Assembly: GCA_003344405.1 (NCBI GenBank)
Contig: NOWV01000292.1
Location: 1 to 61,418, forward strand
Reading direction: 5' to 3'
Origin: Trichoplax sp. H2
Taxonomy: Eukaryota
DNA: 61,418 bases
Each line of letters starts with the position of its first letter. Position 1 is the stretch's first letter. Shown here one piece after another: positions 33,937 through 44,590 of this stretch. The notes below the pieces were generated by a model. It was not told where the DNA came from, did no database searches, and saw nothing but the letters and a program-made list of their open reading frames with translations. A program made the position numbers and the translations under genes.

Positions 33937-36894
33937 TTAAAAAGCATGAAATTGTTGCTGTGCATTATTTTCATCCTCTTGATTATCTTGTTCTTCTTCA
34001 ATATGAACATCTGTATGTGATGTTACGTTAGTCGAATCGCTTAATTGATGCCCTAGACTACTTGATAAAGTAGACAATGAATCATGATGTTGACTACTTT
34101 TATTTTCTTCAGTACGCTTAGTTGCTACTTTGTTGAATTTGGTTAATTTTCCTGCCTTGTCTAAAAGATTCTTATCGCTTGTGTAGGTAGAGTTATCAGA
34201 GACATTATACCTTTGATTCGATCCAGTATTAACAGATTGGACGGAATGCTTAACCATAAAATTCATGGTTGATTGTTGTACCATTTTTTGATTATTCCTT
34301 TCTGGCCTGAAGTAAATGATATAGATTTTTGGAGTAAATATACAGCATAGAATGGCGGTATTGGTTGAAATAACTGCCAAACAGGAAGCAGTATTACGGT
34401 AGAGACCTTTTGTACCAGCGTAAGCAGGTACAAATGCCGCCCACGATAAGATTATAGTAATCATTGCAAATGAAATAAATTTAGCTTCATTAAAATTTTG
34501 AGGTAATTTTCTTGCACGAAAGGCTAAATATAGGCAAGCCGCCATTATAATGAGGATATAAATGACCGTAATTAAAGTATAAGTGGACAAGACCATAGAG
34601 CACTCGTGATAGATAGCAATATCGGTATAATCATATTGAGCACGTGGTGGTTGAATAGCAAACCAGACGGCCATAAAAATAACCACTGTACCCGTTAAAG
34701 AAAAAATAATTGAAAGTTGAATAATATTGGCTTTAATAATTCTACTGCGTGAAACTATTTTACTATTGGTCATGACATTACTAAATATGCTAACGATTCG
34801 ATAAGTTTTAACTAATAACAAAGATAATAATAACGTACAGAGTGTTCCAAATGTAAAAGTCTGTGCCATGCACAATATATCCGTTGGTTCACCCATAAAG
34901 AATAATGGAACGCTGTAATTCATAATAACTGCAATTAATTGAGCTAAGCTATGCGAGAAATGAGCACTTTTAATCACAGGTGTTTTACGATATCGAATGA
35001 AAACGGCGATATAGAAGATTGCAATAACCGCACCAGAAATCGATAACCCAATAATGATGATTGCCGGTAGTTGGCTAAAATGAAGATAGACTATGGGTAA
35101 GGGAATACAACCTGTTGCATTTGAATTAGGCACTAGGCCTAATGGGCATGGATGGCAGGATAACGAATTCGTAGTATTGGTAAATCCAATTCTTTTACAC
35201 GGTAGACATATACCACAACAAGGTGACCATGGATAGAAAGAAATTCGTGTACCGGGCGGACAATCATTCATACAACGTGAAGATGGTATATCGCTACCAT
35301 ATTTCCAAATAATTTTATTCGATAATTGTGTAATCATAACTTCATCTGTTTGCTGATTAACTGACCATAAAGCCACAGGCTTAAAATGATAAAAATCATC
35401 ATATAAGTTTAAGGCGGAAATACTATATCGTTCAGGTCCATCACCTGTGGGACTGAAACGAAATTGTCCCAAGATACTTGTAAATTGGACATTTTTAAGA
35501 TAGATCATGAGTTCTTCTGTTACAATCAAATCCACCGTCTGAGCTGTAATATTAGGGCATCGCCCATTAGCTAGTAATCCCTTGCCTTCCTGACAAGTTA
35601 ACATATTATGAATTGCTGCTGCAACGGCTGAAATAGCATTAACAACGGTTAAATCGCGAACAAAGAACTCTTCATAGGGTATAGGTTCTCGTTTAGATTC
35701 TCTCGAATCACATAAATGCTCAAATTTGATAAATTCGGATAATGTATGTTGATGTGGTGTAGACGGTGCTTGTAAACAATTCGTAGTAAAAAATTGTTTA
35801 ATCCATGGATTATTGTGATATAATGATAGATTAGCTACGGGATAAGATACATTCTGCCGCGTTAAATCGACCTGATAAGGATCACCAGTTACTAACATAC
35901 CTTGAAACAACTGTTTGCCGTAAGGTGGGCGAAAAAACGACTTATCCACTGTTGTTTCCGATGTTAAATAGATTCGATCAGTCACATTTTGCTGCCAAAG
36001 TTCTTGCATTAAAGCTGTATTATCCCATTTTTGTGTAAATAATACAATTACTGTGGCATTATACGCAGTCTTTAATTTTTTTACGATCGCTTTTGCACTT
36101 GCTTGACGATTGATACTGGAAACAATCTCTTCGACGGCAAAACAAACAGGGCTATTAACCATGTATTTTCTAAATGATGCTAAAGCTGAAGTTCCATAAG
36201 TATCTGATGATGCTACCACGGCAATGTAGGACCATTTATAAAATTTAATAATATCGGCAAGAGCGCGAGCTTGCAATAGATCGGATGGGACTGTACGTAG
36301 GAAATAAGGATAAATATTTTTATCGTTGAATATTGTACTCGTCGAGGCATAACTAATTTGAGGTATGTGATAAGAGCCTAAGATGTTGGCGACAGCTTGG
36401 GATCGACTTGATGATGCGGCACCAATCACACAACTAACACGATTTTTTCCTTTTTCTTTCTCCACCGTTTGACAGCGTTGACGATTATATCGGAGTAGAT
36501 GGTTTTCTTCATCAATCACAAATTGGACAGTTGCATGAGTGACACGACTTAAACTGTTACAGTCATCAATAATCCGATATCCAAGGGAAACATTAGGTAG
36601 GATGGTGTTGTCTTGGTTTATGGCATTGATAGTTTCCTGCATTGATATGGCCCTCAGTAAATCGTGTAAACTCAATTTACCACAATGGCTTAAATGAACT
36701 GGTAACTCATCAATGTTATGGATCGAAAATAATCCACCTAGGACAATATCACCATTTTGAATAATTGATTCGACAGTTGTGTTAGTCGAGCGGTCATATT
36801 CAACTGTAAAGCTGCAATATACGAGTAAAAGAAAATACTGTGATAAAGTTACCAAACCGATTAAAAGTTGAAATCTGCGCTGATGGCTATACAT
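33937..36894 (-). CDS. Intronless class C GPCR (mGluR/CaSR-like): signal peptide, Venus-flytrap, nine-cysteine and 7TM domains, 985 aa
   Basis: Single ORF with GDIVLGGLFSIH, PQISYASTS, YPYFLRTVPSD, NNPW, PSSRCxxxCPPG...CCxxCxPC, RKTPVIK, LLVKTYRI, ARKLPQNFNEAKFI and FTPKIYII. Confidence 0.96.
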   Translation of the reverse strand: MYSHQRRFQLLIGLVTLSQYFLLLVYCSFTVEYDRSTNTTVESIIQNGDIVLGGLFSIHNIDELPVHLSHCGKLSLHDLLRAISMQETINAINQDNTILPNVSLGYRIIDDCNSLSRVTHATVQFVIDEENHLLRYNRQRCQTVEKEKGKNRVSCVIGAASSSRSQAVANILGSYHIPQISYASTSTIFNDKNIYPYFLRTVPSDLLQARALADIIKFYKWSYIAVVASSDTYGTSALASFRKYMVNSPVCFAVEEIVSSINRQASAKAIVKKLKTAYNATVIVLFTQKWDNTALMQELWQQNVTDRIYLTSETTVDKSFFRPPYGKQLFQGMLVTGDPYQVDLTRQNVSYPVANLSLYHNNPWIKQFFTTNCLQAPSTPHQHTLSEFIKFEHLCDSRESKREPIPYEEFFVRDLTVVNAISAVAAAIHNMLTCQEGKGLLANGRCPNITAQTVDLIVTEELMIYLKNVQFTSILGQFRFSPTGDGPERYSISALNLYDDFYHFKPVALWSVNQQTDEVMITQLSNKIIWKYGSDIPSSRCMNDCPPGTRISFYPWSPCCGICLPCKRIGFTNTTNSLSCHPCPLGLVPNSNATGCIPLPIVYLHFSQLPAIIIIGLSISGAVIAIFYIAVFIRYRKTPVIKSAHFSHSLAQLIAVIMNYSVPLFFMGEPTDILCMAQTFTFGTLCTLLLSLLLVKTYRIVSIFSNVMTNSKIVSRSRIIKANIIQLSIIFSLTGTVVIFMAVWFAIQPPRAQYDYTDIAIYHECSMVLSTYTLITVIYILIIMAACLYLAFRARKLPQNFNEAKFISFAMITIILSWAAFVPAYAGTKGLYRNTASCLAVISTNTAILCCIFTPKIYIIYFRPERNNQKMVQQSTMNFMVKHSVQSVNTGSNQRYNVSDNSTYTSDKNLLDKAGKLTKFNKVATKRTEENKSSQHHDSLSTLSSSLGHQLSDSTNVTSHTDVHIEEEQDNQEDENNAQQQFHAF

Positions 36895-39010
36895 GATTGA
36901 AGATAATCATATCATTCTCTATCTAACCATAAATAATGACCACATCCGGTAATAAAAATATGCACAAAAATAATAAAATTTAGACGATTAAAGAAGAAAA
37001 TGAAATGAATTGGCTCTCTTTTCCCTAAGTTCGCAAAAATGACCTTGTCCCTTTCAGCACTTGCGGATATCTACTGTGATATTGACTAAAAGTACAGCAC
37101 TCAAGAAAAAGTTGATTTAGTATGAGAGAATTGGATATAGCCTTTAAAGAATTGTATCCCTAACCTTGACCTATAATATCATTCTCAGGGTTAAGTCAGC
37201 GAAAAATAAAATCATCAATGGCTATTATAGTGTCGCTATCAAGTACTAATCTGCAACGGATACAACTCCGGACACTTTATTCATTACGTTCTCTAAATCT
37301 ATTTACCTAAGATGGTGGAAAGATAATTTTTATTTCAATCTATTATTGTCAACAATGATGAATCAATAAATAACAAACTTATTAATATTCAACTTCATTA
37401 ATACAGTATATTGTATTAGCTAATTACATGACATGATTAAGCGTCTTGATATAAATTACTGATATTAGATTACATTGCTGACGATGACTAATAGTATGCA
37501 ACTGACGTAACTATTCAATTTTAATAATATTTATCACATGTTAAGTAGTATTCAACGAGTTACCTGAACTATAATGCTTCTCTAACAATGATGAAGACTT
37601 GAAATTTAGTCATCTTTCGTAGTTTAGTCAATTTAGATCATAATGAATAATGTAGTTAACTCATTCCTAACTTTATTATTAATATACCTTCGATGTTTAC
37701 CGTATCGTGAGCTATAAGCAGTTCGTTGTCATCAATGAGTCAATGAGTGCAAATATCAATCTTAGGCAGTAAAATTAATCTAAAAGCGGATGAGGATTGA
37801 AAGAGGTCATCGAAATGGTTTTATATTGTTCAATCTTATTTTTTCACAGTTATCGTGACGTACAACGGTCTAAAGTAATCAAATTGAATATTCATGACAC
37901 TATTAGTTACTTAGCATTGAAGTCATAAATCATCAACATCAAGATCCGCCCTGATTTAAGTAATCCAGAGATATTACGTAAAAAATCTATTAATTCCTTT
38001 AAGATATTTATGGGTTATATGATTTATTTCTTAATTCTTCATCACTTCACATAAAGCATTAATGGTATCTATCATATGCTAAAATAAGCTGTTGCAAATA
38101 ATTACAGGGCTGGAAAATATCTTGATAGCTTATAATTTATCTTACCTTATATTGGAGTGTATAAGCTAGAAATTAATACACATAATCGTTACCGAACATG
38201 CTAGCTCCGGTAATGTTTTGGTAGAAGATTCTGATTTTTAAAGCGATGACATAAATTATCATTTTAAAATCAGTGTCAGTTATAGTAGAGCATCACACTG
38301 GCTAATACAATTACAAGACAATAAAATATAGCACACTTTAGTTAATTAATGTTGCAATTACTATTAGCACAAAATCTGGTATGAAAATTTCTATGTTACT
38401 GTATAACATCTCAAAGTCATGCATGCCTTTAAAGTGACTAATATAGGTAGCACTGTTTATGGATAAATCTGATTTTCCGGAACAGTCATTATTCATGCCT
38501 GCATCTGCTATAACTTGCCACCATAACATAAGTATTATCGATACTATTAGCTTTCAGAAACAGGATTGCGCCCTTACCTTCGTGCAGTAAGGTTTGTAAT
38601 GAATAATAATTATTTAATAGCATAATAATAATTACTAGCATTTATTAGACAATGGTTAATTTCATAACGACATATATCTATACAAAATACATACGAGAAT
38701 AAGACGATAAATAAAATGTTTGCGCAGTAAGAAACCTTCAATCTCGATCCCGAGACATTTCTTCAATTAGTCAATAAAGCAATCTATTATCACTAAGAAA
38801 GTCATGGGCTATCGCAATCAATTTATATCAAGGCATGTAACCTCTTAGTAATATTGCAACCATGCGATACGTTAAGAACTGATGCATTAGAGTGCATTTT
38901 TATATAGAATTGTATGATTAAAAGATTAAAGTATAAATTCGTTTTACAAATATGTTCTTCCGAAATCATACTTAGAATACTATAAACCGAATATCAAGCT
39001 AAAGCAACAG

Positions 39011-42000
39011 CTATCTCGGAAAGTTCGAAGCTGAATCAAGAAACTTATTCAATACATCGATAACTTGTTGCCGGTTAAATTTCTTAGCATCATCAAGCGG
39101 AGTGTTTCCCCACCTATTACGGAAATTATAGATGATAGCTCGTATTAATGACATTTAAAATAAAATTAAAAAGTGAATTTTGGATATACGAGTATTATGA
39201 TTTATTTATAATGCATTACCTATCTGTATAATTAATAGGAACATCACATTTCTCCACTAAAAATCTTACAGCAGCTACGTGGCCTATTTAACGTATGGAA
39301 GTAACAATCTTTTAATTTTACCGATCTAAGAGCATTATAAATTGTTACAGTACCATTTTCAGAGTATCTGCTTACCTCCGATTGCTGCAAGGTGGAGTGC
39401 AGTTCTCCCATCATAATCAGGAATGTCAAGTCTATATCCATTTAAAAAATATCTGCAAACCCAAGATTATATCTTACTAGCGTTCAATCTGGGTGACAGA
39501 AGAGAGGCTTTATCTACTATCAAACTAGTCTCAAATCAATATCACGGACTACTAAAAAGAAAGAAATGGGACAGGAAACGGTCTTTAGTGTAAATAATGT
39601 AGTGGTTTATCCGTTTTTCGGTCATTCTACTATACGGTACCGATGAAACGGTATACCATACTGCACAAAACCAACTTAGCAGGCTAATTGCAGCTAATTT
39701 GGATGTCAATCGCGGACAGTATAGCATACTGCTACAGATATACGGTGCAGTTGAAATGACCAGTAAAAATAATCAGCCTCCATGTTATTAGTATAGTGAA
39801 TAGGCGTTTTCTGTCCCGTGTCTTTCTTTTTGGTAGTCCTTGCTAGTGCTAATAAAACTAAAATATCCATCTATGAGGATAGATATCACTCGCATTCTAG
39901 AAATCTAGGAAGATGTAAAGAATTTAGCTGTTCACTGTAATATACCGTCTAAGTGCCGTTAAATCTCCACATGAAGCGGCGTATTGAATCGCAGTTAGTG
40001 TACCAGTATTATCATCGTTAAACCGATTTGTAGGGTCGAACTTCGTCTGCGAATGCTTAAGCAAGCTATCAAATCGATGAAAACGACAGTGTTCTACTAA
40101 TGACTGAGTAAAAACATTAGGTTCAGTAGTCAGGGCAATATGTAACCAATTACTTTTACTTATTACGACGTGCTATTTTTAAGTATAGAAGTACTAATAA
40201 ATTACATTGCAGAATTCCAATCCTCTAACGCTGTTGCCTTGCTTGTCGAGCGGGGGTGACCAGACACAAATACCCATAACGTTAGGAATAACTATTAATA
40301 TTGCTCCTGAAACCCCAGATTTTGCAGGCAAACCGATCTAAGATAGGAATATTTGATTAAATTCAACTCTTTAAATTTATGCAAGATATAGAAACTACGT
40401 GGATATACAACGTATATGACTAACAGTAAATGTAACGGTATCCATGATATCTTTTATAATTATAAACACCGTAACTACCTTAAATGCAAATTGCCCAGAG
40501 TAGTTATACATGCCACACGAAAACATTTGCGATAAGGTATCCCGGACAGCTATAGGGCTAAATGTCTAAAATTGATTGGTTCAACTTTAAGCTATAATAG
40601 TCATTCTATTTCATTACAAAATTTCTTTCAACGTCATCAATCACCATACGCGTAAAATATACGTAACCTTTTCACCAGTTATAGGGCAAATACCACCATT
40701 CGCTAATGTTGCTGCCATTACAGCTCCACTACAACAATCAATTTCAGTTGAGCAAAGTTGAAAGTACAAATTCATGGTATCCTCCAATACAGTATTAGGT
40801 GGGAAAGCCTAACAACATAAATACTTCAGATTCAAATACAATGAAATAAGGTTAATGGTATATTTACCTTCTTCTCTCTCATATAATAAGCTAGTGCATA
40901 ATTTCGATCAGCAGTTTCCTTTTCTGATATGTATCTACAATAAATAAAATTCTATACTTCATTCCCAAAGAACGTTAACTATTACTTATTTGTAGCTAGA
41001 TAGATAAAGGCTTTACATTTACATATTACATGTAAGAAACACCCTATTCGAATAATTTAATCAACGTACGTCGCATTATCGAACCCTACATATTCTCCTC
41101 CGGCCGCCTTCTTAAATTGCTTTATAATCTAAAACATAATTAATGAATTATGTCAGCTCGTTGTAGGTAGCTATCGATGAAGACAGCTATATGCTATTAA
41201 AATTGAAACTTTAATCTAATACTTACGTATTCAAATCTATCACTCAGATGTTGATCAGGCTACCGATATATGGAATACATGAGATTGAAGCACAACAATT
41301 TCCATTAATACACAATTAATCCCGTTATAGATTCGTTTAAAAGTTAAGATACCTTATGCAATGCAGCAACCATAATAGCACCAGAATTAATCATGGGACT
41401 GTGTGGTTGGTCTATATCAACGCAAGTGAAAAGTATGTTCTTTACGCTGTGTTTGTAATCCTTAAAATATTATACTTGAACGCATACGCAAATATGCAAG
41501 TAATAAAGTTCGTTAGGATGTCTATTAACCTTGTTCATTAAGCGTTAATTCGTTGAATACTGCTCCACTTGGTTCATAACCAACGAATTGATGTACCTAA
41601 ATTATTAATTTTCAAAAAATTGATTTTGTATGTAATAATAAAATGACGTGCATCGTACAGACCTCCTATCGAACGACAATAAAAAACGACCTACATATAT
41701 ATTTCTTATTTTTAACTCTAGCTAAGATAACTCTTACGAAGTCGCTGGATAAGTCATTCAGGGCAACCGCATAACTGATACACTTGCTACAGGACTGCAT
41801 GCAAAAAGGAACATCATAATCGCCTAGATTGTATCTAATGTATAATTTTAAACTTCCTTATTGAAAGATTGTCATAAGCCATAATTCATACATTTCACTA
41901 AAGTAGCTTACTTCCCAGTTTCTACTTAGCAATATTATAACGGAGTAATTGATACAGTAACTAATAGCGTAAAATGACAATAAAATTAAATAAATGAAAC

Positions 42001-43339
42001 TACTAGAAACTATCAAAAATCATTAGAATACATTTTTAATTTGCAATACCTCTGTCCGTCAATGGTGCATATAGATACACCCCAATAATCCGGACTGGCT
42101 CTTGAAAGCTGGGGAATATAAGTTGCAACCTATTTTGGTGATACATACACAACATGGCCTAGGGTAAGATATTTACATCAGACGCAGTTTATACAGCATA
42201 GAAATTGCTCTCGAAGTGATTACTTTTCCACCCTTCAGCTCTTTCGCTTTGTTGTATCCATTTTCTATAATAGTTTTAAATTCCTTAAAGTTCGGTATAA
42301 TTAAATCATCTCGCCAAATTTTGATAATAAGAACAATATTTCCGGTAATGCACCTTGCAGTTGATTGGCCGGTGTAAATAAATAAAACAAAGAAACAACT
42401 ATTATCATCTTTCGACTCATTAACACACAACTGGCGTTATAGTAGAATTTCTATTAAACTACACATGATCCTAGTAAAATACTATAACTTAAAATTTCAT
42501 TTAACAAAATTTTACTTTCGAAAAGTTTCAATATCTATTAGTCCATTCTCATCTTTATCCAATTGTTCTTCAATTTTTAAAGCAGACTCAGCAAGTCGAG
42601 GATCTTCTAACAGAATGCCGCTTTCGCTGATCATCTATAATTATAATAAAATTGTATCATTGAAATATTAGGCTAAGTCATAATCAGCTACAACTTAAGG
42701 CTAGATAAAAGTTCCATTGATCCAGGAGCAATGCTTTGATAAATCTTGTGCACTGTATGAACATATAAGACCTTTTATATCGACTTACCGCCATAAATTT
42801 ACGTAAACTCAGAAATCTCTTTTCATTAACGACCGTAGCAAATTTATTGAATAGTTGTTGAATTTCATCGTTATCCAAAACTGTAGTATGGCTTTGAGAT
42901 CGACTGCTGAATAAAAGGCATATATCATTGTTAGGCATTCGCACAAGGATTTAACAGAATATGCAAAGGTACGACACCAATCAGAATATATTATGAATCT
43001 TAATTTCACACCCTAGAGATTCAAGGTGAAACCTGCCGACGTCGCTACCTAAACCCATCCAACGATTAAGATAAAAGTTAATAATAGCTTATAAGACCCT
43101 TTTATACTGAAAAAATAGAATTTTGCACTATCATTAAGCTAACATCAGCTGCCATAAAGATTGATACAGAATGGATGAATTATCGTTTAACGTTGTATCC
43201 GCTTAGGGTAGTAAAGTTCAGCGACAATGGTCTACATCGCTGACAACGAAGGCATATTCAAACAACCTATTTCTAGTATTAATTTAGCATGTGTCTTACC
43301 GACTTTATCAACACTCGACAGCCTTGTTACAGTGTCCAT
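39011..43339 (-). CDS. GLS: Glutaminase (GLS/KGA-type with C-terminal ankyrin repeats), 19 coding exons
   Basis: Spliced motifs [16 protein letters not shown] (catalytic SxxK), EPSG-x-x-[70 protein letters not shown], then ankyrin [12 protein letters not shown] and [11 protein letters not shown] (TAG 39013-39011). The first two exons (43339-43300, 43048-43033) are phase-consistent but less certain. Confidence 0.93.
39543..39842. mobile_element. ~300-bp fold-back / MITE-like element in a glutaminase intron
   Basis: Left end GGACTACTAAAAAGAAAGAAATGGGACAGGAAACG (39546) versus reverse complement of right end GGACTACCAAAAAGAAAGACACGGGACAGAAAACG (39839): 31/35 identical. Weaker self-complementarity continues inward. 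No clear target-site duplication. Confidence 0.75.
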
Positions 43340-43513
43340 TTCTAATAGAGATCTCTATACCTATAGCAAAAAGTCGTTGTCATGTACCATTAGACGTTGG
43401 AGGCTATTCTATTTCTGCAAGGCAACACATGAAATGCGAGTGAAAATTGTACCTTGTTTCACAGTGTAACAAGGATAACAAGTGCTTGAAACTGTCTTTT
43501 CTCTAATTGACAT

Positions 43514-44590
43514 ACATATTGTACTTTTATCGCTTTAGTGTTGTGTATGATATGATAAGTAATAATTAGAACACATAGATAGACACAAAATAGAAAATAG
43601 TCATTCATGCATCAGTATATGTATGATGTGGTAAGGAATAATTATAGTACACATATGAGCTAATGATCGAGGAAAAGTAAATTACTGACTTACTGCAAAA
43701 TGGAAAATAGTCATTCATGCATCAGTATATGTATGATGTGGAAGGAATAATTATAGTACATATATGAGCTAATGATCGAGGAAAAGTAAATTACTGACTT
43801 ACAACAAAATAGAAAATAGTCATTCATGCATACAGTATATGTATGGCGTGGTAAGGAAATACATATTGTACTTTTTATCGTTTTAGTGTTATGTATGATG
43901 TGATAAGTAATAATAATTAGAACACATACATAAGCAAATAATAGAGGAAAAGTGAATTACTGACTTACAACAAAATAGAAAATAGTCATTCATACATACA
44001 GTATATGTATGATGTAGTAAGGAAATACATATTGTACTTTTTATCGTTTTAGTGTTATACATGATGTGATAAGTAATAATTAGAACACACACATAAGCAA
44101 ATGATAGAGGAAAAGTGAATTACTGACTTACTGCAAAATAGAAAGTAGTCATTCATGCATACAGTATATTTATCATGTGGTAAGCAATAATTAGAATAGA
44201 TATATATGAGCAAATGATCGAAGAAAAGTGAATTACTGACTTACTACAAAATAGAAAATAGTCATTCATGCATCAGTACATGTATGATATTGTAAAAAAT
44301 AATTAGAATAGATATATGAGCGAATGATCGATGTAAAGTGAATTACTGACTTACTGCAAAATAGAAAATAAGTCATTCATGCATACAGTATATTGATGAT
44401 GTGCTAAGGAATAATTAGAATACATATATGAGCCAATGATCGAGAAAAAAGAATTACTGACTTATTCAAAAATAGAAAAATTGTCATTGATCAATATATC
44501 ATGTGGTCAATAATTATTATAATACCTACTTCAGTCTATAATCAAATCATAGATGCAACGTTGATTACTGACTAATTGAAAAATAGAAAT
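43514..44590. repeat. Higher-order minisatellite with ~110-bp and ~165-bp units
   Basis: AAAATAGAAAATAGTCATTCATGCAT recurs near 43587, 43697, 43806, 43972, 44135, 44247, 44358 and 44468, and degenerately at 44579. Long units carry an extra ACATATTGTACTTTTTATCGTTTTAGTG block. Confidence 0.92.

Noticed and set aside
43514..44590. Repeat array as a CRISPR locus
   Set aside because: No unique spacers, no cas genes and a spliced eukaryotic context; it is a contiguous tandem repeat.
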